64,000 bases of DNA from Mobula birostris (lineage: Eukaryota). Each line of letters starts with the position of its first letter. The stretch's first letter is position 1. Positions 25,717-37,189 of this stretch are shown here, in pieces. The notes below the pieces were generated by a model. It was not told the origin of the DNA and did no database searches. It saw only the letters and a program-made list of their open reading frames with translations. The position numbers and the translations under genes were made by a program. The stretch spans positions 3,825,665-3,889,664 of the forward strand of contig NC_092384.1 of NCBI RefSeq assembly GCF_030028105.1, read 5' to 3'.

Positions 25717-26913
25717 GTAAGAGGCTTATAATCTCAACCGCATGTTTTATGTCTGGCATTTATCAATTCATCACAAACAGAGAGGAAGGGGACATATTCA
25801 AATGGGGAAAGGGAGATGTAAGGCAGTGGCTATACAAAGAAGAGTGAGATATCATATTATACTGCTGCTGTTTCCTGCTTCATGGAATAATATGCAAAAA
25901 TAAATGGCGTAACTCCTTTACTTTTGAAGATCAAGGTTTTCTAAATCCCTGTTATCGGCAATGCAGACTTGTTTTTTTTTATGTTATTTTATCTGATCTC
26001 CACTTTGCACAATCAGATTCACTGAATTATATGACCTGAAATGTGTTGTTGTTTGACAGCAGTACAACGCAGTCATCGACCTACTAGAAGTTACATATAT
26101 AAATCAGTAGTACAAAAATGTTCGCGTAAGGAAAGAAAATGTTTCATAATCGGTGTGTGTGAGTCTTCAGCCATCTCCTCCACGACGGAGCAAAGTGAAG
26201 AATGCATGCACTTTCGACTTTATCTCTAACAGAAATAGACTTTCCTGGACCCTCTCTAACGCGTCACATTCTCACTATAATCGAGCACAATATCACAATA
26301 TCACAGACCATAGTTTAATGAAAATGCAGCATTAGGGTTCACTTCACTTCTTTTAGATTCCATATTTCTACCGACGAATGGCATAAGCCTTATTATCAAA
26401 TTCGGAACTTACCCTGATATGTTATTATCAATAAAAGTAAGCTGCTTTTCCCTTCATCTGGTTTAAAACAACATATTGATATCCCTAATTCTGCACACCA
26501 AGCTGCTACACCTTATGTTAGCCTGCCTGTTCATTATATCAGAGTTCGTATCTGCTGAATTTTGCCGGCACAATTCACAACACTACCTAGAAATTCTGTT
26601 TTGCGCCATTTTATTCTTTGACCTGAGATCGCTTGTGTATATTTTCCAGCCCTCGCTTCAATTCATGCCTTGTCAACTTATTCAACAGTACAGAATTATT
26701 GATGAAAATAAGCGGAATTAAATGGTGATATTATTACTTATTAATGTTCTACGGATAATCCACGTTTTATTTCAATTTGTGATTTATTACTAAGGCAATG
26801 AGCTCAAGATGTGAGAGAAAATATGGATCGGTTTCTTTACGTTCGTGGTGCACGTGTTTCAATTGTTTAATCTCTGTAAAATGCTAATGTTTGACTTCTA
26901 TTGCACACCTCAG

Positions 26914-27024
26914 GAAGCAGAGAAAAGTTCATCTTAATCCTGACGGGTGCACTTGCAGCATGCGGAGCCATTATCCTAGTGCTGTTGTTACTTATGAGGC
27001 GCTGCAGAGTAGACAGGACTGAAG
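26914..27024 (+). CDS. Exon 4, transmembrane segment
   Basis: cctcag| ... |gtaaga, phase 1/1. (G)SREK-FILILTGALAACGAIILVLLLLM-RRCRVDRTE is an uncharged 23-aa helix followed by a basic stop-transfer. Confidence 0.93.
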
Positions 27025-27513
27025 GTAAGACGTTACAATGCCCTGGCCCATATTTAGTTTCACTAGCATATTGGAGTTAAAATGGCCGTGAGAAGGGTAA
27101 AACATCCATGATGAGAAATACGTTTAGGTAGATGTGCTTGAGAGTCTATCTGACAGCTGAGTGTTGTGTGCAGAACAAGATTTAAAACGCATTTTACTCG
27201 ATGTTACTGAATTTTGCAACAACTAAAAACGGTATTGTTAACTCTGCAAGAAATGTTACAAATTTAGAACGTTTGTTGCCGCAGGACAACATATGCCAGC
27301 CACAGAGTTTGAGTAATTCTAGGCAATACAATAGGTCATTTTTTTATTACCAGTAACATCATCATTGGGTGGTTTGATAAAATGACAAGAATGGCATCAG
27401 ATCACTGGCCTATTTCGAACGGATCTGGTTGCTCCCGGAATATTCAATAACATTCGGTGCGCCTGTTCACATGCTGAGGATGAAATTGGTCACTTTTTTA
27501 TTTCCTCTATTAG

Positions 27514-27557
27514 CAGCGGAAAATGATGAGAACTTAAGTCGCTACCTGGAAAATCAG
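27514..27557 (+). CDS. Exon 5, cytoplasmic (AAENDENLSRYLENQ)
   Basis: Polypyrimidine tract plus TAGCAG acceptor, CAG|gtaag donor, phase 1 to 0. Confidence 0.8.
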
Positions 27558-27769
27558 GTAAGATTAATATTATTATGACATATACAGGGGTTTACATATT
27601 TTGTACATACACCTAATATCAGTAACACATAATTAGAGCAACAGAATGGCTGTCACTTTGCGTGTAACACCTTATGTTCTAGGATCGCATGGTTCATTTT
27701 TGTTTTGTATCTCTGGCTTATGTAGTGCAGCATCTTCAGTGATATATTTATTCAGAGGAGTTTCACAAG

Positions 27770-29910
27770 GACAATTCCAGGAATGAAAGCTGTATCACAC
27801 GAGGGAAGTTTGATGACTCTGCATCTGTACTTGCTGGAATTCAAAAGGCTGAGGGGGATCTTACTGAAACCTTTCGAATGTTGAAAGGCCTAGACAAAGT
27901 AGATGTGGAAATGATGTTTCCCGTGGTCGGAGAGTCTCGGACAAGACAGCAAAGCCTCAGGATAGACGGGCGCCCTTCCAGACCGAGAGGCGGAGAATGT
28001 TCTTTAGCCAAAAGTTGTGATTTTTTTTTCCCCGCATATCGCTGTGTAGGCCAATTCATTAGGTGTATTTAAGGCAGAGATGGACAGGCTCTTGATTGAA
28101 CATGGCATCAAAAGTTACGGGAAGAAGGCCGGGAACTGGAGTTCAGGAGAAGAAAGTAAATGATTAGGCATGGTTGAATGGCAGAGCAAACTCGATGGGC
28201 CATATGGCTTAATTCTGCTCCTATGTCTTATGGTCTTCTGGTCTTATTCAGGAACTCGTTAAGTTATCCAAGTCACTACATTTGATATTTTAACTAATCA
28301 GACTGAATGTGCGTGAATCATTTTACTTGAGTCCAGTCATTTTCTAATTGGACATTAATACTAACAAAATAAAGGTTAGGTCGGTAGCTACTGCAGTGGC
28401 ATGCAATTGTTTGGACACCCCGGCCAAAATTTCTGTTACTGTGAATAGTTAAGTGAGTACAAGATGAACTGATCTCCAAAAGTCATAAAGTTAAATATGA
28501 AACATTATTTTCAACATTTTAAATTTAGAGTATTATTGTTGTTTTCTACAATTTTAGAGTGAAAAAATGAAAGGAGACAAAAGGTCGCGATTTTGTGCAA
28601 TTTGTTGCCACTTATAGCTGTGGAGGCCAGGTCATTGGTTGTATTTAAGGCAGAGATGGATTGATTCTTGATTGAGCATGGCATCAAAGGTTACGGGGAC
28701 AAGGCCGGGAACTAGAGTTGAGGAGGAGAAAATAAAGCAGAGCAGACTCGATGGGCCAGATGGCTTAATTCTACTCTGTGTCTTATGGTCTTATGATCTT
28801 ATTCAGGAGCTGTTGAAGTTCCTGGTGCATTTGATATTTTTACCTTATCGGACTGAACCTGCGTGAATCATTTTACTTGAGGCCCATAATTTTCTATTTG
28901 GGCATTCGTACTAACAAAGTAATGTTTAGGATGGTAGATGGTGCTAATATTTGAGAGATTATGGTGTCGACGTCGTCAGACCCCACGACATGGGCGTCAT
29001 CTTTAGAACGTGTCGACATCATAATCTGTCAGAATTCAGCACTAGACACCCTTCTATTTATTTCGTTAGTATATACGCACACACACACGTACACTTGCAA
29101 AGTGTATGGTTATGCACATTGGCAGAAGAAATAAATGGACAGACTATTATTTAAATGGGAAGAGAATTCAAACTACTGAGATGCAACAGGACAGGGGAGT
29201 CCTCGTGCAGGATACCCTTAAGGTTAAACTCCAGGTTGACTCGGTGGTGAAGAGGGCGAATGCAATGTTGGCATTTATTTCTAGAGGAATAGAGTACACT
29301 CGCAGGGATGTGATGCTGAGGCTCTATAAGGCGCTGGTAAGACCTCACTTGGAGTACTGTGGGCACTTTTGGCCTCTTTTTTTTTTAAGAAAGGATGTGC
29401 TGATGTTGTAGAGGGTACAGAGAAGATTCACTAGAATGAGTCCGGGAATGAGAAGGTTAACATGTGTGGTACGTTTTCCCGCTCTCGGACTGTATTCCTT
29501 GGAGTTTAGAAGAATGAGGGGGACCTCATAGAAACATTCGGAATGTTGAAAGGCATGGACAGAGTGGATGTGGCAAAGTTGTTTCCCATGATGGGGGAGT
29601 CTGGAACGAGACGTCATGACTTGAGGATTGAAGGGCGCCCATTCAGAACAGAGATGCGAAGATTTTTATTTTAGCCAGAGGGTGGTGAATCTATGGAATT
29701 TGTTGCCACAGGCGGCAGTGGAGGCCAAGTCATTGGGAGTATTTAAGGCAAAGATTGATATGTATCTGAGCAGTCAGGTCATCAAAGGTTATGGTGAGAA
29801 GGCGGGAGAATGGGACTAAATTGGAGAATGGATCAACTCATGATAAAATGGCCGAGCAGACTCGATGGGCCGAATGGACGAATTCTGCTCCTTTATCTTA
29901 TGGTCTTATG
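27770..29910 (+). mobile_element. Cluster of CR1-type LINE 3' fragments (about 27770-28250, 28590-28800, 29100-29910) with a Tc1 end at ~28395-28580
   Basis: RT C-terminal peptide QVDSVVKRANAMLAFISRGIEY..LVRPHLEYC (29106-29411), repeated cttatggtc tails, and a cagtggcatgc TIR at 28395. Confidence 0.8.
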
Positions 29911-31127
29911 GTCCTTATATATATTATATATTTATGCCATCATCATATCGATGCAATTACAAGGAAGGCATGGCAGAAACTATATTTGATTTGGAGTTTG
30001 AAGAGATTCGGCATGTTATCAAAGACACTAGCAAGTCTGTACAGATATACAGTGCCATGCAAAAGTTTTGGCACCCCGGTCAAAATTTCTGTTACTGTGC
30101 ATAACTAAGCGAGTTAAAGATGACACATTTATTTAAAATTTAAACAGGATTACTTTTTCATTTCCATCGTTTGCAGTTTCAAAATAACAAAAAAAGAAAA
30201 GGTCCCGAAATAAAAGTTTGGGCACCCTGCATGGTCAGTACATAGAAACACCCTCTTTGGTAAGTATCACAGCTCGTAATCGCTTTTTGTAGCCAGCTAA
30301 GTGTCCTTCCATTGTTGGGGTGATTTTCGCCAATTCTCCATGCAAAAGGCTTGTAGTTCTGTGAGATTCTTGGGCAATCTTGAACACACTGCTCCTTTGA
30401 GGTCTATCCATAAATTTTCGATGATGTTAAGGTCGGGGGACTGTAAGGACCATGGCAAAACTTTCAGCTTGCGCCTCTTGAGGTAGTCCGTTCTGGATTT
30501 TAATGTGTGTTTAAGATCATTATCCTGTTGTAGAAACCATCCTCTTTTCCTCTTCTGCTTTTTTGCAGACGGGGTGATGTTTGCTTCCATTATTTGCTGG
30601 TATTTAATTGAATTCGTTCTTCCCTCTACTAGTGAAATCCTTCCCGTGCCCCCGGCTGCAACACAAGCTCAAAGCATGATCGATCCACCCCCGTGCTTAA
30701 CAGTTGGGAGAGGTGTTCTTTTCATGAAATTCTCCACACGTTTTTCCCAAGCATACCTTTGCTTATTGTGGCCATAAAGTTCTATTTTAACTTCATCAGT
30801 CGACAGAACTTATTTTCAAAATGCATCAGGCTTGTTTAGATGTTACTTTTCAAATGTGTGACGCTGACGTTTGTGGTGAGGATGCCGGAAAGGTTTTGGA
30901 GAACAAAGGATGTAGAATTGGATGAACAGTACCCCTCTCCAACTGTTAAGCGCGGGGTTGGACTAATCATGTTTTGGGCTTGTGTTGCAGCCAGTGACAC
31001 AGGGAACATTTCACTTGTAGAGGGAAGAATGAATTCAATTAATACCAGCAATTTCAGGAAGCAAACATCACACCGTCTGTAAAGAAGCTGAAGATAAAAA
31101 GAGAATGGCTTCTACAACAGGACAATG

Positions 31128-31370
31128 ATACAGGGACTAAGGATCGATTAAAAAGAATCGATCTGTGATTATTAGTGCATGAAAGAGCGACCCTGTGAAG
31201 TCTACCAGTGTGTCTAACACTTGCCTGGTTTGGTAGATTATCACTTGAAGACGGCGCTCTGAAGTTGGTCACGTTTGGCCAACTTGGAAGTTTGGGAGGA
31301 CATCGAAGAGGATCGACGACGCCTGTCTACTTGGATTACGAGTCTCTCTGTCTCTCTCTGTCTCTCTCTG

Positions 31371-31429
<59 letters not shown>

Positions 31430-31684
31430 AATCCCGTGGACAGAACTGAATATCCTTACCACACTATCGTAAGACTGTATCAATTACCATCTAAGTTTGA
31501 AGAAGTTTGGGTTTTGTATTTAAACACCTATATATGAATAAACTCTGCTAACCTGTTTGATTTTCTGGCTTTATGTTACTCTATTACATAGCTACTAATA
31601 CAATAGTGTTAGTTAACAGCAAAACCACACTCCAGGTGTCTTCCATTTTGCTGGTTCTTTTAAGCACGTTACGGGGTATGTAAC
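31128..31684. mobile_element. LTR-like fragment containing a (TC)n/(TCTCTG)n microsatellite (~31342-31428)
   Basis: Non-Tc1 sequence with AATAAA at ~31538 and an LTR-like end ggggtatgtaac. The Tc1 sequence resumes immediately after it. Confidence 0.5.
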
Positions 31685-31949
31685 TGTGGATAGCCCGCAA
31701 AAGAGCAGTGGATGCAAGACGGCCCAAGAATCATACAGAGCTAGAAGCCTTTTGCACAGAAGAATGGGCGGAAATCCCCCAAACAAGAATGGAAAGACTT
31801 TTAGCTGTCTGCAAAAAGCGTTTACAAGCTGTGATACTTGCCGAAGGGGGTGTTACTAAGTACTGACCAAGCAGGGTGGCCAATCTTTTGTTTCAGGCCC
31901 TTTTGTTATTTGGAAACTGTAAAAGATGGAAATAAAAATGTAATACTAT

Positions 31950-34575
31950 TACAGCTACAGAAAGTGTGGGTAATGAAGCAGGATCTTCTTTTGAGTCAGT
32001 ATGGGTGGAAGACAGGAACAGGAAGGAAGCAGTTACTCTATTGGGGGTATTCTACAGGCCCCCTGGTAGCAGCAGAGACACAGAGGAGCAGATTGGGTGA
32101 CGGATTTTGGAAAGGTGCAAATATAACAGTGTTGTTGTCATGGGTGACTTTAACTTCCATAATATTGATTGGCACCTGATTAGGTTCAAGGGTTTATATG
32201 GGACAGAGTTTGGTAAATGTGTCCAGGACGGATTCCTGTCACAGTATGTGGACACGCCGACTAGGGGAAATGCCATACTAGATCTATTACAAGGTAATGA
32301 ACAGGATCAGGTCACAGAACTCTCAGTGGGTGAGCACTTGGGGGACAGTGACCACCACTCCCTGGCCGTTAGCATTATCATACAAAAGGATTGAATCAGA
32401 GAGGACAGTTTTTTTTTTAATTGGGGAAGGGCAAATTATGAGGCTAGAAGGCCAGAACCTGCTGGTGTGAATTGTGAAGATGTTTTTGAAGGGAAATGTA
32501 CCATGGACATGTGGTCGATGTTTAGAGATCTCTTGGAAGACGTGAGGGATAAGCATGTCCCGGTGAGGAAGATAAAGAATGGTAGGATGAAGTAACCATG
32601 GGTCACAAGTGCGGTGGAATATCTAGTCAGGTGGAAGAAGGCAGCATACATGAGGTTTAGGAAGCAAGGATCAGATGGGTCTATTGGGGAATATAGGGAT
32701 TCAAGAAAGGAGCTTAGGAAGGGGCTGAGAAGAGCAAGAAGGGGGCATGAGAAGGCCTTGGCGAGTACGGTAAAGGAAAACCCCAAGACATTCTTCAATT
32801 ATGTGAAGAACAAAAGCACGACAGGAGTGAAGGTAGGACCGATTAGAGATAAAAGTGCGAAGATGTGCCTGGAGGGTGTGGAAGTGAGCAAGGTCCTCAA
32901 TGAATACTTTTCTTCGGTACTCACCAATGAGAGGGAATTTGATGATGGAGAGGACAATATGAGTGAGGTTGATGTTCTTGAGCATGCTGATATTAAGGGA
33001 GAGGATGTGTTGGAACTGTTAAAATACATTAGGACGGATAAGTCCCCGGGGTCTGACGGAATATTCCCCCAGGCTGCTCCGCTAGGCAAGGGAGGAGATT
33101 ACTGAGCCTCTGGCTAGGATCTTTATGTCCTCGTTGTCCACGGGGATGGTACCGGAGGTCTGGAGGGTGGCGAATATTGCCTCCTTGTTCAAAAAAGGTA
33201 GTAGGGATAGTCCGGGTAATTATAGACCAGTGAGCCTTGCGTCTGTTGTGGGAAATCTGTTGGAAAAGATTCTTCGAGATAGGATCTATGGGCATTTAGA
33301 GAATCATGGTCTGATCAGGGACAGTCAGCATGGCTTTGTGAAGGGCAGATCGTGTCTAGCAAGCCTGATAATGTTCTTTGAGGAGGTGACCAGGCATATA
33401 GATGAAGGAAGTGCAGTGGATGTGATCTATATGAATTTTAGTAAGGCATTTGAAAAAAGTACCACACGGTACCTTCAGAAAGTCAGAAGGAATGGGATCC
33501 AGGGAAGTTTGGCCAGGTGGATTCAGAATTTGCTTGCCTGCATAGGGTAGAGGGTCGTGGTGGAGGGAGTACATTCAGATTGGAGGATTGTGACTAGTGG
33601 TGTCCCACAAGCATCTGTTCTGTGATCTGTACCTTTCGTGATTTTTATTAACGAACTGGATGTGGGGTTAAAAGGGTGGGTTGGCAATTTTGCAGACGAC
33701 ACAAAGGTTGGTGGTGTTGTACATAGTGTAGAGGATTGTCGAAGATTGCAGACAGACATTGATATGATGCAGAAGTGGGCTGAGAAGTGGCAGATGGAAT
33801 TCACTCCGTAGAAGTGTGAGGTGGTACACTTTGGAAAGATAAACTCCAAGGCAGCGTACAAAGTGAATGGCAGGATGCTTGGTAGTGTGGGGGAGCAGAG
33901 ACATCTTTGGCACATGTCCACAAATTCCTGCAGGTTGCATCACTTGTGGATAGGGTAGTGAAGAAAGTTTATGGGGTGTTAGCTTTCATAAGTCGAGGGA
34001 TAGAGTTTAAGAGTCGCGATGTAATGATGCAGCTCTATAAAACTCTGGTTAGGCCACACTTGGAGTACTGTGTCCAGTTCTGGTCGCCTCACTATAGGAA
34101 GGATGTGGAAACATTGGAAAGGGTGCAGAGGAGAATTACCAGGATGCTGCCTGGTTTAGAGAGTATGCATTATGATCAGAGATTGAGGGAGCTAGGACTT
34201 TACTCTTTGCAGAGAAGGAGGATGAGAGGAGACATGATAGAGCTGTACAAGGTAATAAGAGGAATAGATAGAGTGGATAGCCAGCTCCTCTTCTCCAGGG
34301 CACCACTGCTCAATACATGAGGACATGGCTTTAAGGTAAGGGGTGGGAAGTTCAAGGGGGGTATTAGAGGAAGGTTTTTTATTCAGCGAGTGGTTGGTGT
34401 ATGGAATGCACTCCCTGAGTCAGTAGTGGGGGCAGATACACTAGTGAAGTTTAAGAACGTACTAGACAGTTATATGGAGGAATTTAAGTTGGGGGGTTAT
34501 ATTGGAGGCAGGGTTTGAGGATCGGCACAACATTGTGGGCCGAAGGGTCTGTACTATTCTATGCTATATGTTCTA
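31950..34575 (+). mobile_element. 5'-truncated CR1-type LINE, ORF2 (endonuclease end plus RT) broken by stops and frameshifts
   Basis: VVVMGDFNF, PGNYRPVSLASVVG, SQHGFVKGRSCL, LVRPHLEYCVQFWSPHY, and an (ttctatg)-type tail at ~34555-34577. Confidence 0.92.
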
Positions 34576-34699
34576 TGTAATCTTGCTTAAAATATTAAAG
34601 AAGTGTGTCATCTTTAATTTTATTCCCTTATGGTAACCAGGTAATCTATTACTCGCTCTGCTATTCACATAACAGAAATTTTGGCCGGGGTGCACTCGC

Positions 34700-35955
34700 T
34701 GTTAGGGCTATGGCTTGTCGCAATCATCGTTAGCAAACGCAAGGTGATGCAAATTTCAAAGCTTCATAAATGCCCTGACTACTCAATCCCTGTGCCAACA
34801 AAAGCATCCATGGGCTCCTATAAGCAGCGACCTAGCACTCTGAAAATTAAATTAAATGACGCCCAGAAAGCTGGAGAAGGGAAGGCTATAAGAAGATAGC
34901 GAAGCGTTTTCGGGTAGCTGTTTCCTCAGCCTGTAATGTAATTAGGAAATGACAGTTAACAGGTACAGTGGAGGTCAAATTAAGGTCTGGAAGACCAAGA
35001 AAACTTTCCAAGAGAACTGCTCGTAGGTTTGTTAGAAAGGCAAATCAACACTCACGTTTGACTTCAAAAGACGTTCAGGAAGATTTAGCAGACTCTAGTG
35101 GTGGTACACTGTTCTACTGTGCAGCGATATCTGCACAAATATAACCTTCATGGAGGAGTTATCAGAAGAAAACGTTTCCTGCGTCCTCACCATAAAAGTC
35201 AGCATCAGACGTTTGCAAAGTAACATCTAAACTAGCCTGATGCATTTTGAATACAAGTCCTGTGGACTGATGAAGTTAAGATAGGACTTTTTGGCCGCAA
35301 TAAGCAAAGGTATATTTAGAGTAAAAAAAAAAGGTGAGAAATTTCCTGAAAGAAACATCTCTCCCACTGTTAAGCACGGGGTGGATTGATCATGATTTGA
35401 GCTTGTGTTGCAGCCAGCGGCACGGAGACCATTACACCGGTAGAGGGAGGAATGAATTCAATTACATACCAGCAAATTCCGGAAGCAAACATCACACAGT
35501 CTGTAAAAAAGCTGAAGATGGAAAGAGGATGACTTCTACAACAGGATAATGATCCTGAATACACTTGAAAGTCCTCAATGGACTGCCTCAAGAGGCGCAA
35601 CTGAGGATATCGTCATGGCCCTCACAGTCCCCTGACATAAACATCATTGAAATTCAAAAGAGCAGTGCATGCAAGACGGCCCAAGAATCTCACAGAACTA
35701 GATACCTGCCAAAGTGGTTGTTACTAAGTACTGACAGGCAGGGTGCCCAAACTTTTGCTTCGGGCCCTTTTCCTTTGTTTTTTTTGGTATTTTCAATCTG
35801 TAAAAGATGGAAATAAAAAAGTAAGCATGCTTAAAATATTAAAGAAATGCGTCATCTTTAACTTTACGTCTTTTCGAAATCAGGTCATCTTTTACTCGCG
35901 TATTCACAGTAACAGAAATTTTGAACAGGGATGCCCAAACATTTGCATGCCACTG
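34700..35955 (+). mobile_element. Tc1/mariner transposon lacking its 5' TIR, transposase pseudogene
   Basis: HTH-region MGSYKQRPSTLKIK, DDE motifs WTDE, QQDND and WPSQSPDINIIE. The 3' TIR ...tttgcatgccactg|TA ends at 35955. Confidence 0.9.
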
Positions 35956-36072
35956 TATATATAGGCGAATACACGAGCTCACCAACTGTTTGGGAAAATC
36001 AGACGGACTGTTTTTTTTTTCTGTATACATTTATATCTTCCAATTTCCGTCAAGTAATCATGCGTTTCACAG

Positions 36073-36090
36073 GAATACAATGCACTGAAG
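36073..36090 (+). CDS. Probable 18-nt cytoplasmic micro-exon (EYNALK)
   Basis: T/C-rich tract plus tttcacag| GAATACAATGCACTGAAG |gtacga. Phase 0/0, so it preserves the frame. An 84-nt intron follows, similar to the next 88-nt intron. Confidence 0.6.
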
Positions 36091-36174
36091 GTACGATTAA
36101 TCTTGTTTTCTGATCCACAGTGTGTTGGTTATTGCAGAGTTAATTGAAATATAAAAAAAAATTGTTTTTCTCAG

Positions 36175-36282
36175 GCTTCCGAAATTCAGGATATCGGCAG
36201 TCCTTCTTATGCAGATCTAGACTTTAGAAGGGATAATAAAAACAAGGAAGTCAGATCTGAAGCCGAACTCACTAATGCACTG
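36175..36282 (+). CDS. Cytoplasmic exon with YADL motif (ASEIQDIGSPSYADLDF...ELTNAL)
   Basis: tttttctcag| ... CTG|gtaag, 108 nt, phase 0/0. Confidence 0.88.
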
Positions 36283-36370
36283 GTAAGATAAAAGAGAGAG
36301 TTCACCGCACAAATCAGTTTTTCAAAGTACTGGATCAGCAGCTCTTTACCTCTAATTATTGTTTCCACAG

Positions 36371-36538
36371 ATCATACAAGGAACTGAGGATAAATTGATG
36401 TATGCATGCGTGAATCTCGCCGCTTCTCAGAAAAACGCAAGAAGAGTGCAGAAGACTCATGGGACCGAGTATGCAGGAATAAAGATAAAGGAAAAGGCGA
36501 GAAAGCTGGAGACGAAAAGAGCACCATATAGCGATTGA
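36371..36538 (+). CDS. Last coding exon with ITIM LMYACV (36395-36412) and ITSM TEYAGI (36464-36481)
   Basis: tttccacag| acceptor, phase 0, 55 codons plus TGA. Confidence 0.9.
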   Translation: MIQGTEDKLMYACVNLAASQKNARRVQKTHGTEYAGIKIKEKARKLETKRAPYSD

Positions 36539-37189
36539 TAACTGTATTACACGTTACTGGCCATCGTCGTGTCCCAAGATCAATCATACTCTGTTACTGT
36601 TTCGAAACAACTGTGGAGTAAGCACAGGATTTTAATGAGAAATCACCAACTCCAACAAAACAAAAAAGCTACGGTTAATGGACCATTGAATCGGAGATTG
36701 TATTCGGGACAGCAAGAATATAGAAACGAAATCCCTATTAGCAGGCTTGGGCCCGCATCACACGACACTTTCCTATGTAATCGCTAGTTCAAATACATTT
36801 TAAGTGTTGGCTGTATCTGCCTCCACAACCTTCCGGGCAGCTCATTCCAAATAAACTACACCCTATTACTTAAATACACACTCTTCTTTTAAAACTCAAC
36901 ACCATCATTTCAAACAGTTCCTCTCAAGTTCTGGACTCCCCTGCCGTAGTAAAATTGCACTGTCTGTCTGCATTACATGTGCCTCTCATACGTAAATTAA
37001 CTGACACAAAATCATCCTCAACTTCGTAATCCGAACCTATCCAACTGCTCCTTACAACAACATTTCACTATTTCAGGCATCATCTATGATTCTTTTCTGA
37101 TATCTCACCACTGTTCCACGTCTTGCGGAGAATGTAAATCTTCAGAATACATTAGCTTATATTTTGTCCAGCTGCGAAATGACGTCGAC

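Larger units (their letters stand above)
30050..34695 (+). mobile_element. Rearranged Tc1 element hosting an LTR fragment (about 31128-31684) and a CR1 LINE (about 31950-34575)
   Basis: 5' TIR cagtgccatgcaaaag at 30050. Transposase motifs QQDND and QSPDLNIIE appear inverted (30297-30590, minus) and forward (30840-31125). The Tc1 3' sequence resumes after the LINE at ~34580. Confidence 0.75.
17640..36538 (+). other. Gene span: non-rearranging V(J)-C1-TM-ITIM/ITSM immunoglobulin-superfamily receptor (SIRP-like/NKp30-like/VJ-C1 type), 7-8 coding exons, 361/367 aa
   Basis: All introns are GT-AG with matching phases (1,1,1,1,0,[0],0). Exon lengths 55+321+279+111+44+[18]+108+168 give an uninterrupted frame ending at TGA 36536-38. 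Confidence 0.92.

Noticed and set aside
18261-25847. ORF extensions past the V and C1 donors (KSYSACLRQM; KRLIISTACF...) as secreted isoforms
   Set aside because: These are ordinary read-through into introns beyond good GT donors. There is no sequence evidence for intron retention, and RNA data would be needed.
17640-27024. Interpretation as a TCR, IgL or IgNAR gene, or a germline-joined Ig cluster
   Set aside because: The TM lacks the charged or conserved antigen-receptor residues, the tail is long with ITIM/ITSM, there is only one C1 domain, and there are no D/J segments or RSS.
17572-36122. Recombination signal sequences: heptamers at 17572, 17844, 17959, 24358 and 36116
   Set aside because: None has a convincing nonamer at 12 or 23 nt (best about 6/9 at a 24-nt spacer for 24358), and none sits at the 3' end of the V.
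36478-36483. AATAAA as the gene's poly(A) signal
   Set aside because: It lies inside the coding sequence. The next AATAAA (36850) is within a LINE remnant, so the 3' end is left uncalled.
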